From Chiloscyllium plagiosum (lineage: Eukaryota), in the NCBI RefSeq assembly GCF_004010195.1, contig NC_057719.1, forward strand, positions 39,484,252-39,548,251: a DNA stretch of 64,000 bases, given 5' to 3'. Below the pieces are notes generated by a model. The model was given only the letters and a program-made list of their open reading frames with translations, did not search any database and was not told the origin of the DNA. Numbering within the stretch: position 1 is the first letter of the stretch; every line of letters starts with the position of its first letter. Positions 1-12,299 of the stretch are shown here, piece by piece. The translations under genes were made by a program, and so were the position numbers.

Positions 1-3000
1 TCATTGCTCATACATGGAGAAGATTAACCTCTTAAATTTCTAATTGATGCAATGGCTAAAATAATGAACTGTGGGGTTTGCCGTATGATTATAGGAGGGG
101 ATTTTAATTGCCCAATAGATCCAAGAGATTGACAGGGTGCCAAAAGGCCTGACAGGTATGCCCGCGCAGTCTAAACAGTTGGTGGACATGTGCGATGAGT
201 TGGGACTAGTGGATGTGTGGAGGCACCTCCTCCCTAATGGAAGAGACTTCGCATTCTATTCCAACCCCCACAAGTGCCATATGCAAGTTGACATGTTTCT
301 TATGCCAACTGATGGTTTGGACAGAACATTGGTGTGCAAAATTGGGAATATAGCTGTTTCAGATCATGCACCAGTGTATTTAGATGTTAAAATCAAGGCT
401 CGTGGAATGGATGCACATCATTGGCGCATGGATCCATTTTGTTAGGGGGTGGCAAGTTTATTGAATATATTACAAGAGAGTTCAGGGCCTTTTGGGGATA
501 TTAATTCAGGTACAGCTCGTAATCTGGCAATGCTTTGGGAGGCCACTAAGGCATATTTACGAGGTCTGATCATTTCACATTCAACGACTAGAAAGAGGCA
601 GAGGGAGAAGCAGCAACAGATGCTGGAGGCCCGGCTGAAGGTAGCTGAGAAAACATTATAATAGGCCGTCATTGGTCAAGCTTCAGCGGGTCACAGCTCT
701 TTGAGTTGTTTTCGACTCAATGCACACACAAGTGGCTAAAAAAGAGGTCTCCTTTGCCAAACAAAGACTGTTTGGATTCTGAGATAAGCCTGGTAGATAT
801 CTGGCTTATTTGACTAGGAGGAAAGAAGCTTCCCAATCTATTACCTCTGTTAGGGAGAAGGCTGGTATGATTATCCGCGAATTGAAAAAGATCAGTGTTA
901 GGTTTAGGAAATACTTTGAAGAGCTATTTCGGTCGCAGGGGTACGAACACAGTACAATGGGAATGCAGCCCTTTTCTGAAAGTCTGAACCTCCCCAACAT
1001 AAGTACGGAGGAGGCTTTCCTTTTGAATGCACCTTTAATGGTACAGGAAGTGCAGGAAGCAATAAGGCATCTCCAGGGAGGCAAAACACCGGGACCAGAT
1101 GGATTCCCAACTGAATTCTATAAGGATTTCATAAGCATGTTAGTGGAGCGACTTCTGGGGATGTACGAATATTCTTATGCACAAGATTGTCTGCCACCTG
1201 CTCTTAGGGAGGCTGAGGAGAGTATTGAACACAGTACAGGTATACTAGCAAAGATTGATTCCAGGTTTGGCGGTCGCCCTGGATGCAGAAAAGGCGTTTT
1301 GATCGGATAGAATGGCCGTATCTATTTGAGCGCTTTGGTTTGGGGGGATCCTTTGCCAGATGGGTAGCAGTACTGTATAATGATCCTAAGGCGGCAGTCA
1401 TTACAAACTGTATTAAGTCAAATAACTTTAATATTGGAAGAGGTAGTTGATAGGGGTGTCCTTTATCACCGCTGTTTTTTACCTTGGCGATTGAATTGTT
1501 AGATGAAACTATCAGGAGGGATCCTGAAATAGTAGCGCCAAAGGTGGGAATGGGGGAAGCATAAGATCACCCTATATGCTGACGACGTCTTTTTATTCTT
1601 GGCCCATCCTGTTCCTCGATTGATCCAAACATTTAATTCATATGGTGGTTTCTCGGGTTACAGGATCAATTTTACAAAATCGGAAGCCATGTCGGCAGGG
1701 GGAATAGTGGAGGTGCCTGACGAAGGATGGAATGCAATTCCCAATTCCCGTTTAGATGGTCGCCAAAAAGTCTTTTGTATTTGGGAATTTTTATTACCCC
1801 TTGCTTCCATCATCTGTATAAAGCTAACTATGTACAACTGAGAGAGGATAAAACAGGATTTGCAGCGGTGGGAGGGATTACCGTTATCCTGATTGGGCCG
1901 GATAGCCCTGATTAAGATGAATGTTCTTCCTCACCTGCTGTACCCCATGAGAATGCTCCCGTTGTTGTTACCCAGATAAGTGTTATGGAGGCTCAATGGT
2001 CGGCTAGTGTCCTTTATTTCGTGCCACAGGCCTTCTCTAATTAAATTCACTAAATTGCAACTTTTGCAGGGTGAGAGAGTGGTGGATCTTAAGGATTTGA
2101 AGAAATACTAAATAAGTGTTCTGTTAACATATGTTGGTGACGGGAGACGGGGGATTTCGGAGTCGATTTGGCTTGATATTGAAGCCTCGCAGTCGAGATG
2201 TCCTTTAATTAATTTATTATTCGTGGACAAGATGAAATCCGTGACCCAGCCGTGCACAAGTCCAATTATTTTAAATACAGTAAAAACCTGGAGAATAATG
2301 AGGCAAGACGAGGGCAATTGTTCTAAGACTTTGCCATTTACCTCAGTGGTGGGAGCCAATGATTTAAACTTTAAACCTGGGACAATGGACTCCAGCTTTA
2401 AGGCATGGGAGAATAAGGGAAGCTTCTGTCTGGGAGACTTATTTGAGGGGGAGATCCTGATGTCATATAGTCAGTTAAGTCAGAAATATGGATTGTCTAA
2501 TAGGGAACTTTTCCGATATTTCCAGATAAGGGACTATATACAGAGGAAGACCACGCTTCTGGTTCTGTGTTACAAATCAGACGTGGAGAAAAGAGTACTC
2601 CGGTGTGTGGGTGCTCTTTGACTTAGTACTTAATATCATTTACAGAAAGGTCACAGGAGACGTGGAAGGACTCTGTAGGACATGGAATTGAGAGGAGAGG
2701 ATATTTCATCGGGGATATGGGAAGACATCTGGGGGAATGTAAGGAAAATCTCAGTATGTAACAGAGTGCAGGCGATGCAATTGAAGATCTTACACAGGGC
2801 TCATATGGCGCCAGAGAGGCTAGCTAAGTTCGAGAGGAGTATCATCAGGATGTCCGAAATGTAACATTAGTAAAGGCACTCTTACACACTGTTACTGGTC
2901 CTGTTGTAGGATCCAGAGATACCGGAATGCTACCGGTAACGGAGCTAAAGGTTTTCCTGAGGATTGGAATTAATGTGGATCCGGTATTTCTTCTTTTGGA

Positions 3001-3677
3001 GTTGCCAAATTTGCCCCCTTTGGGGGAACAGGGAAAGAGATTGTGTAATATTCTTACCCACTGTGCGAGGAAGAACATTCTAGTGAACTGGACGTCAGAA
3101 AAACCACCAGGTGTTATGTGGTGGCGTAGCTTGGTGATGGAGCATCTCCCCCAAGACTACCTCACAAATATGGTGCACCACAAAACAGAACAGTTCTACA
3201 AAATGTGGCGACCCTTTTAAAATTATATTGATGCTGACTTATCTGCAATATTAATCAGGGCTGTGGTATAACCATGGGAATTCAGTATGGGTGCCTGTGG
3301 GGCCGTGGGAGGAGGAGACGGGGTGGGGAAGGGAATATATGGGTACTGTAGATAGTGTTCCCAGGGATGGGAGCCTCAGTGGAGGTGTGATCAATGAGTT
3401 AGAATAAAGTAGTGAAATATTATTTAAGTTATTTGAATTTAGTTTGAGTTAGTATTTATTTAATGTGTTTGTAGTTTAAGTTAAGTCGATGTGTTTGTTT
3501 TAGTAGAATAGTAAGTTGTTTATTAACAATGGTACTGTGTTATGGCCTTTTTTGTACTTTTTTTTTCTGTTTTGATGGTGTTATTGTTTTTCTTTGTGTG
3601 TGTGTGTATATATATTATATATATATGTTTTGTAAAAGATTTAAAAAGGTTTTCAATAAAAATATTTATTTAAAAAG
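1..3677 (+). mobile_element. L1-clade LINE, disrupted ORF2 plus 3' UTR (5' part outside window)
   Basis: APE endonuclease motifs GGDFN (~94-108) and SDHAPV; RT motifs PGPDGF, GCPLSP (~1454) and LYADD (1572-1586); C-terminal Cys/His region ~2850-2900; T/G-rich 3' UTR, AATAAA at 3655-3660, A-rich end; many stops and frameshifts. Confidence 0.92.
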
Positions 3678-3717
3678 AAGTGCTGCTGTTCTACTGTGGT
3701 AAGATTGTTTCTTTCAG

Positions 3718-4032
3718 GATGGCTCAGTGGTTATCACTACTGCCTTACTGCACCAGAGACCTGCGTTTTGCACGTTCTTCCTATGCATGCATGGGTTTCC
3801 TCTGGCAGCTCTAGTGTTCTCCCACAGTCCAATGATGTGCAGGTTAGCTGGGTTGGCCAAGCCAAATTGCCCTTTGTGTCCAGGAATGGGTAGGTGGGTT
3901 AGCCATGGGAAATGCATGCGTGGTTATAGGGTTAGGTTTGGAGTGGATTTGGATGGGGTGCTCCGTGCATGGTTAGTGTGGGCTTAAGGGGCCAAATGGC
4001 CTCTTTCCATAATGTAAATTCTATCATTCTAT
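3718..4032 (+). mobile_element. HE1-like V-SINE, old copy
   Basis: tRNA-like head tggctcagtggtta, V-domain tgggtttcctctgg...ctcccacagtcc, CR1-type tail ending ttctatcattctat. Confidence 0.8.
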
Positions 4033-5799
4033 ATATGTGTTTCTCACTGGCTAGACCAGCATTTATTGCCCATCCCTGGTTGCCGTTGAGAAGATTGTGT
4101 GAACTGCAGTCTTGAACTGCTGCAGTTTATTTGGTGTAGATATACCCACAATGCTATAAGGAGGAAGCTCCCAGACTTGGCCCCAGCAACACCGAAGGAC
4201 TGGTGATATATTTCTGATTGGTAAGTAGCTTGAAGGAGAGCTTTAGGTGGTGGTGTTCCTATGAATCTGCGGCCCTTGTCCAGCTGGATGATGGTAGGAG
4301 GTATTCCTTTTCACTATCCAGCCTGGTCTTTTCCACTATTATTTCAAAGCTTTCCCCCCTTGAAATTTCTGACTTTACACACAACACTGAATTGTTCTCA
4401 GATCCTTCTTTTCTAAGGATTCTTTCACCTCCGAATGTGACTACATCATGTTTGCTTCCTAGAATCTGACTGATTTTTCTGTTTCTTTCACCAGCTCAGA
4501 TGTGAATGTTTTCTTTTTGGAGTGCTGCTTTTGCATTAGGGGTTGAAGATAAATCACGTTTTGAGTTTTAATTAGAAGAACATTTGTCTTATACAACAGG
4601 ATATAACACATTACAAGATAGGAACAGGTACACATTACATCAGCTAGTTAGCCATGATTATAAAGATTATCATGACTCAGATGATATGTCTATCTCCATC
4701 AGTGCCTCATGCTGTCATAATAAATTGCTTCATCTCCACCCAAGTCTATGTGACGCTATCAGATTGGGTGAAGCTTAATGCAGCCTCAACATTAGCCCTT
4801 GTTCTATACCACAAAGGAGCAAAACACCTGATGTTGCCACATCATGTTTGTACAGAAAGGTATTGCAGGGAAGGGAGTGGGTGTTAGCCTTCACTGAACA
4901 ATGGACTAAGGCATTTATTTTTACATTCATTTGTTCATAGGATGTGGGTGTTGCTGGCCAGGCCAGCATTTATTGTCCATCTTTAATATCCTTGATAAGG
5001 CAGTAGAATGTAGTAGAATTGACACTTCATTCAGGCTAGGTGCACCCACACACTGTTAGGAAGGAGTACCAGGATTTGACCCAGAGACTCTGAACAAATG
5101 ACAATATATTTAGAATGGTGTATGGCTATAGCATTCAAGTTATTTTGTATTGTAGTCTCATGAAAAGAGTTGAGACAAATTGGCCTAAATTTGATATAAT
5201 CACTAACGGATCAAGAAAATAATTTGAGTTATATCAATAATATTGAGAATAATATTGTGCTACTCACTATTGCATTGAGTGATTAAAGCAAATAGTATTT
5301 ACATAGAGATATTTCATCCATAAGGAAGAAGGAAATAGGGCAGGGTTCAGAGAGGCAATTTGAATAAAACTAATTTAATACCGGTATTGTGTTTAACACC
5401 CGTATCAACTAATTGGTTGAATTTGCCAGATTCTTTGTGTAATTTTATTTAAATATTTAATTCTTTAAGACCATAAGAGACAGGACATGTCTTTCAGCAC
5501 ATCGGGTCTATTTGCCATTTTTTAAGAGCAGCATAACTGAGCTGATAATCCTCAACTCCACTTTCCTGTCTTTTCTCTAGTTTAGAGGGTAATATAAATT
5601 TGTTTCCCTGACCATTATGATTTTATTTTTTAAAGAAAGCAGTATTTTAGTTGTGCTTTGAGAACTCAAACTTTCTCCGTCCCATATATCATCACTAATC
5701 CAATGCACTTCACTGACCTCACATAGTGATTGCCGCAAAGTATTGTTGCTGAATGCAGAAGCTAATAGGTAGAGATTTGTTGATTTCCTACTATAGAGG

Positions 5800-6246
5800 G
5801 TCAAGTAAGTAGCATTCTCACTTCTGAGTAACAAGGTTTTAGTTTCTAGTCCTACTCCAGGGCTTGAGTACAAAAATGAAGGTTGACTCTTGAATGAGGA
5901 CAAGTAGTCCTGTCAGAGATACTGTTTTTTGAATGACACATTAAACCAAAGCTCCATTTGCTGGATACGTGGAATGTAAATGATACCATGACACTATTTA
6001 CAGAAGTGCAGGAAAGATCTCCTCAGTCCTGGACATTATTTACCCCTCCACCAAAATTGCTAAAATAGATTGTAAATCACCCCTCTGGGTTATTACCACA
6101 CTGCTGTTGGTAGGAACTTGTTCTCTGCATTTAATTGCCACATTTCCTTATTATGACAGCAGCTACATTTAAAATTAACTCCATTCTCTTTGAAGAACTT
6201 TGAAATACCCAGTGGTTGTGAGAGTGCAATATAAATTCTTCTTTTC
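5800..6246 (+). mobile_element. Deu-domain SINE (SacSINE1/AmnSINE1-like), diverged
   Basis: Resembles the recalled Deu core (gacacattaaacc...ccatgacactattt...atttacccctccacc...ctgctgttggtagga) and tail gcaatataaattcttctttt. Confidence 0.65.
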
Positions 6247-6402
6247 CATCAAGTCTGATAAAATAGCCAGATTGGTAGTGAAGTAATGGCGTTGAAGTAT
6301 ATTTTTATAAATGACCTGAAGCACACAACCAGAAATACAATCTTTCAATTAAGGAGTTGTCATCATCCTTTGTGTGAGCATGCAGCAGGCTTGTTTCGAG
6401 GG

Positions 6403-7078
6403 ATGATTTGGAGGTGCTAGTGTTGGACTGGGGTATGCAAAGTTTAAAAATCACTCAATACCAGGTTAAAGTCCAACAGGTTTATTTGGAAGCACTAGCT
6501 TTTGGAGAGCTGCTCCTTCAGGTGGTTGTGAAGTATAAGATCGTGGGACACAGAATTTAAAGCAAAGGTTTACAGTGTGCTGTAACTGAAATTATATATT
6601 GAAAAGACCTGGATTGTTTGTTAAATCTCTTGTCTTTTAGAATGGGCATATTGGTTCAGTTCTTTATGTAAATCCCAGAACTTAAAGTTACATTCTCAAG
6701 TAAACTTTAACAATAGGTGCCATGTTGGCCCACATACTGTACTGCATTGAAGGTGTGAGGTGCCCTGTGTGAGGCTGTCAGTGCCCCAATGTTCAGACTG
6801 ATTCTAATCTAAAAAAGGCATTTACGCAATCTTACATAGATTCATGGAGTTTTTGAGCAAAATGAAATGTAATTCTGCAAGTATAAATTCGTCCCACAAA
6901 CTTTTGTGTGTTTGTGTGTGTGTTTGTGTGTGTGTTTGTGTGTGTGTTTGTGTGTGTGTGTGTGCGCGCGCGCACGCGCGCGCAGTGACTGTCTGTGAGA
7001 GAGTAAGTGTATGTGTGTGTGTTAGTGTGAAGGGGTATAAGTCTGTGAGAGGGTGCGTGTATGCATGCGAGTGTGAAA
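6403..7078 (-). mobile_element. Penelope-like element 3' end/terminal repeat with a broken hammerhead
   Basis: Reverse-complement homolog of 34401-35129; hammerhead core reduced to ctga-aggag...ctcc-aaaa. Confidence 0.85.
6905..6984. repeat. (TG)n microsatellite with tttg interruptions followed by (CG)n
   Basis: tgtgtgtttgtgtg...tgtgcgcgcgcgcacgcgcgcgca seen directly. Confidence 0.95.
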
Positions 7079-7696
7079 GTTAAATCATTAAAAATAATTA
7101 AAAGTGATGAGAAATGACAATAAGATGCAACAAAGAAGTAAGGGATCTTAAAACAGAGAGTGGCACTTTAAAATGCCCTCTCTCCTAACTAAATAAAAAC
7201 AACTTTAAAGTGAAAAGTATTTCAAAAGGGAAGAGGATTCTATGTAATGAGAATGCTAGTCAACTTGTTGCAAGTATGAAATTCAATACTGTAATTGCAT
7301 CACATAGCAATAGTACAACGCAATTCCTGTTTCATGCTGTCAAAGTTTTGAAAACTGTGGTTGTATTTAGGGAATAAAAGGATTATAGAGGCAGCTCCTG
7401 AAGATATGTAGTAGCTTCAATGAAAAAGTAATTAGCAGTTTCTCTAAAGAGTTTTATTGTTGATGAAATTCTGGAGTTTCTGCTGAAAACTGTCAATTGT
7501 GTTACATTCCGTCCACCACATTATAGTCATGACTGAGTCACATCTATTACGGACTGCGTGAACTTTTATACACTAACCATACTGACTGGAACTTAAAGTG
7601 AAAGTTAGAATTTCAGACTAAGCAAGGTTTTGCTTTAGATTTTATGAAATGCCTGTAGTCTTAGTATGAAGTTTGTTGTTACGCCTCAGGCTAGAC

Positions 7697-7795
7697 ATTT
7701 CTGACGAAGGGCTTTTGCCAGAAGCATCAGTTCTCCTGCTCCTCAGATGCTGCTTAACCTGCAGTGCTTTTCCAGTACCACACTCTTGACTCTCG
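7697..7795 (+). mobile_element. Penelope terminal-repeat fragment with degenerate hammerhead
   Basis: ctgacga-agggc-tttt-gcca-gaag followed by tctcctgctcctcagatgctgc, the same family as 25065-25264. Confidence 0.75.
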
Positions 7796-8106
7796 AATTG
7801 GGAATCAACTTATCCTAGTTTTATATACAGTGGCTCCATTCTTGGTTGCTGCAGTGATTTGGCTGCTGCATGTTCACTGTGTCGCATAAATTGGTACAGG
7901 TGTTCCTGTAATGAAGTGTTAGCAGGTTTTTCTTAAACACATGTTCAACAGGTATTTTAATTAAGTTAGCCTTTTAGTATTTATAATGCTTCTTGTGGGG
8001 CTTAAAATAACAAATTGTTGTTACTGAAAATCAAAAGAATGGATGTGCTAGGATATATAATGCAACAGTAATTTATTTTGAGAAGAAGAGTTTACCAGCT
8101 GGAATG

Positions 8107-8592
8107 AACATAGAACATTACAGCGTAACACAGACCCTTTGGCCCTCTATGTTGTGCTGACCTGTGGAACCAATCTGAAGCCCATCTAACCTACACTATT
8201 CCATTCTCATCCTTATGCCTATCCAGTGACCATTTAAAAGTCTTTGAAGTTGGCGAGTCTACCACTGTTACAGACAATGCATTCCACGCCTCTACTACTC
8301 TGAGTAAAGAAACTACCTCTGATGTCTGACCTGTATCCATCACCCCTGAATTTAAAGCTATGTCCCTTTGTGCTAGCCATAGCCATCCGAGGAAAAAGGC
8401 TCTGATTATCTTATATGTCTCAATTAAGTCACCTCTCAACCTTCTTCTCTCTAATGAAAACAGCCTCAAGTCCCTCAGCCTTTCCTCATAAGACCTTCCC
8501 TCCATACTAGGCAATATCCTAATAAATCTCCTCTGAACCGTTTCTGAAACTTCCACATCCTTCCTATGATGCGGTGACCAGAACTGTACGCA
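8107..8592 (-). mobile_element. CR1/HER1 LINE 3' end
   Basis: ORF 8191..8556: VQRRFIR...LFSLERRRLRGDLIETYKI; catagaac tail repeat. Confidence 0.9.
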
Positions 8593-8934
8593 AGGCTTTT
8601 ACAATGTTGCAGATCAGAGAAACTAACTCTTCACTGATTTACCTTCATACTGATCATGAGTTCAAATTGTGTAATTTGATGCGGCATATTCATATTAAAA
8701 TCAAAATGTAATCTGTGTTGGAAATAAATCTGGTATTGGCTTGATGGTAAAAGTAGGGGATAACAGATGGTTGTGTGAGCTTTGAAGTGTCAAAAGGAGA
8801 ATCGAGACAAGTGATTCAAATATGTGGTGTAGCTTGCACGGACTCTGCTAATTTGATAAACATAAACAAGTTTAGAGCCTCAAAATAAGACTTTGTAAGA
8901 ACTACGTGTGCGGCCCCAAAATACTGAAGGAACT

Positions 8935-9340
8935 TCATATCATTCGAGACAAAGCAGACTGCTTGATTTGTCGTGTTTAAAGTTCTGTCTCTCCACCCTG
9001 GCCAGTTAGTTGCATCAATATGTGTTATCTACAAGATGCACTGCAACAATTCTCAGCACTTGCCCAATCCAAAACCTCCATCACTTAGAATGACAAAGGC
9101 AGCAGATCCATGGAATCATCACCACCTGCAAGTTCCCATCCAATCTGCACACTACAGTAACATCACCATTAGTTCACTCGCTGGGACAAAATCCTGGAAC
9201 TCGCTGCCTAACAGCATTGTGGGTACATCAATATCACAACTCCAGCATTCAAGGCAGCTAATCACCATGTTCTCAAATACAATTAGAGATGGGTAATACA
9301 GCCACACTTGCTGCTGATCCTCACAAATAATCATATTTAC
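8935..9340 (+). mobile_element. 3' end of a second LINE family ('family B', CR1/L2 group)
   Basis: IYKMHC...HLPN...SWNSLP motifs; homologous to 45060-45440 and 52985-53375. Confidence 0.75.
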
Positions 9341-9759
9341 ACCAAATATTATCATTGAAACATTTATGAAGGTGTTTTTAGAGTGAGCGTGAGGAATTGA
9401 GTGTGGGCATGTAGGTTTGTTAAATGTACACATAGACCAATGTCTTGAAGATATTTATTCCTGAGGATGATATTTGTAAGCTGGTGATTCTGAGGTTCAA
9501 AGAACCAATATAGTTTAGCAGCAACAGGATTAGAAGTGAACGTAGCCTGGTGCTGGATAGTACATGATCAGTAGAGTTTTGGATGAGCTGTAGTTTAGAG
9601 GATGGGAGGCTAGCCAGGAAAGCATTTGAATTGTAAAGTCTGTAGCTAATTTAATCGGTAGATGGGTGGTGTAGAGGTATATGATATTGCAGAGGTGGAC
9701 ATTTGTATGATGAAGCAGGAGGACGAGACTCCTTGAACAAGGAAAGCATAAGTGAAAAA

Positions 9760-10450
9760 GTCATAAGAGTCTTAGAATTTTACAGCATGGAAAGTGGCCC
9801 TTTGGCCCATTGTGGCCAAGTTAGTTATCAAGTGCCTGTGTACTCTAATCCTATTTTCAAACGCTGTGCCTGTAGTCTTGTATGCTATGGTGTTTCAAGT
9901 GTTGAAATAATGCTTAATTGTTATGAGGGTTCTTCAAATCCCTACTAAATATCCTGCCCCTGACCATAAATCTATGTCTCTTGAATCCCTCTACTATCCC
10001 TCTACTAAAAGTTTGTTGTTGTCCTATCTCTGTCTCTCATTCTTCTGTAAACTTTAATCAGGTTTCCTCTCAGCCTTCTCTGCTCTAAGGAAAACAAGCC
10101 CAGCTGAAATGGTGCAGCAAAGGCAACAGCCTGGTGAATTTTCCACGTACCCTCTCTTGTGCCATCACATCCTTCCTACATTGTGGCAACCGGAACTGCA
10201 CATAGTACTCCATCTGTGGCATAACTATTGCTTTATATTTGTGCAGTTCCATCCACACCTCCCTGCTCTTGTATTTCAACCCTCAACTGATAAAGGTAGT
10301 TACCCCATGTGCCTCCTGCTCCTTTCAAGGAATTGTGGGCACGTACATAAAGGTCCTACTGATCCTCTGCGCTGTCTAATATCTTACCATTCATTGTGTA
10401 TTTCCCTTGTCTTTTTAGTCTTCCCAAAATACATCGCCTCACACTTGGCT
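9760..10450 (-). mobile_element. CR1 LINE 3' fragment, old
   Basis: ORF 10085..10279: YKSREV...EYYVQF...RKDV...FTRLLP. Confidence 0.75.
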
Positions 10451-11269
10451 TGCAACTTTCTTCAGCTAGAATTCCCATCTGAACAATTTCTTGCATCTTC
10501 CTGAGGTCCCCAAGGTTCAGCCACTTTAATTCACTCCATGTGATATCAGAAAACTGTCAAGTGTAATAAATACAGCAACAGCAATGGTTCCTAAAAGCAT
10601 CCCAACAATACTGCTGAAGACTGATGGTTGATGTCCCCCCGACAAATACCTGTTCAAGTATCTCTTGTTTGAAACAAGCAGGATGAACCTAATCAATTCA
10701 CAGTATAACCATATGTCAGAGAAACTAGAAGCAAAGCAAAAAGACAAAGATCACAGTTCCTCTCCAAAGGCTGTGTGCAGCAGACCAACTCAGGGAGCCT
10801 GCACATGGTCTGACCACTGGCTGCCACCTCGCTCCATCCCCGCCTCGGGTTACTGGCAAACCTGTTGCAGCCACTGGCATCCTTGCTCCTTTCACTGCCG
10901 TCACTGCATCACTGCCTTGCTAGTTTTGGGGGCCTGGTGTCCAAGGCTGAGAGGAGAGAGGGAGAAAAAGAACGGGCGAAACAGAGGAGCTCCAACTGGA
11001 ACCACCTCCTCTGCCACCATCTTACTGGATGAGCATGGCATCAAGGACCCTGAGTAAAATTAAAAGTCAGAATCAGAAGGGAGGAGCACATGGATAGAAA
11101 TGGATAGCTGAAGTCAAAAAAGACATCTGTTGGATATGATTATTGAAAGTAGCAGGTCAAAGGGTAAAGACATTTACGGTGTTTTTATTTGTTTAAAAAC
11201 CCATTATTATACATATTCCATTTTAAAAACTTATGATATAGTTGTATCTCCTCTTTCTTGTACTTTTCA

Positions 11270-11406
11270 AAATCAGCCCTGAAGAAGGGTTACATCCGAA
11301 ACGTTGGCTTCGCCACCACCTGTCACTGCCTGGCTTGCTGTGTTCTTCCAGCCTCCTCCTTGTCTACTTTGGATTCCAGCATCTGCTGGTTTTTTTTGTC
11401 TCTAAC
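11270..11406 (+). mobile_element. Penelope terminal-repeat fragment carrying an intact-looking minimal hammerhead
   Basis: Hammerhead followed by gcctggcttgctgtgttcttccagc...ttccagcatctgc tail, shared with other copies in the window. Confidence 0.75.
11275..11309 (+). ncRNA. Minimal type I hammerhead ribozyme (Penelope-type)
   Basis: agcc-CTGAAGA-a-gggt-tac-atcc-GAAA-cg-TT-ggct: stem I agcc/ggct, stem II gggt/atcc, full core, palindromic AACGTT in place of stem III. Confidence 0.75.
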
Positions 11407-11967
11407 CTTTCAGCATCTTGATCAACAGGTGGTAGAACTAAACTGTTTAATACATTTCAAGAAAGGACTACACCAATTCTGACTGACAAATGTTTTATTA
11501 TTAATATTCCTAGGGAGACTTTGATAGGTAGGCTAGATGGACCAAAAATCATTTGTTTGATAGTTTACATGTTATCAATACAGCTCCAGTTGCAAGTCAG
11601 CAACAGAAGATGGAATTTACCTGGCAATATAATTTATAGAGATAATTGGCCTACAATTCTACCTACTATTGTATCAAGCTTAAGTTAGCTTCTGAGCACC
11701 ATAAAACATTGATTTGTCAGTGCTCCATTCTATGAACAAAGTTTTTTGTCATTCTGAAAAGCATCAAAATGAAAATATAAATGTTGTTTAAATTATACTT
11801 TCAATTCTCCTCTGTTAATGTTTCTAATAATAGTATTTCTATCACTAGTCTTAGATATTGAAACTAATCTTAAACAGAATAGCATTAAAAGTACAGTTGC
11901 AAATATTTTATGGGTTATTTAATATTTTCTAATTGGTTTGACAGCAAAAATCACAAAGTGTTAGAAT

Positions 11968-12213
11968 AATAGTCAGTTCTTCTGCAACTCTATGTTAGAA
12001 AAATTTCATGCTTTAGAAACCGCGCTTAAAGTGTTGGCCATGTTTCTAAAGTGTGATTTTTCTATAACATGGAGTTGCAGAAGAGCTGACTATTATTCTG
12101 GCACATTGTGATTTTCACTATTACAGTCAACACTTTTTAAAAGTCCCCAATTTGTCAATTGCATTGCAGTGAATTTGCATTGGTAAAACATACATTATAA
12201 CAGAAAGACTGTA
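11968..12213. mobile_element. pogo/Tigger-like MITE relic with internal inverted duplication
   Basis: Begins tagtcagttcttctg, ends ttataacagaaagactg-TA; the termini resemble CAGTC-type TIRs. Confidence 0.55.
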
Positions 12214-12299
12214 ATAGGAAATGAAGGGGAACAAGAGGCACAAACTTTTTTGTCAACAATAAATACTAATTTAAAAAGTTTCTAAATAAACAAATAGGA

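Noticed and set aside
137..3220. Several ORFs as separate genes or an active L1
   Set aside because: They are frameshifted pieces of one L1 ORF2, with stops inside a core RT motif.
10665..11057. 130-aa ORF
   Set aside because: No recognisable domain; the region looks like the 5' end of a minus-strand repeat (aagatggtggc start) that I could not classify.
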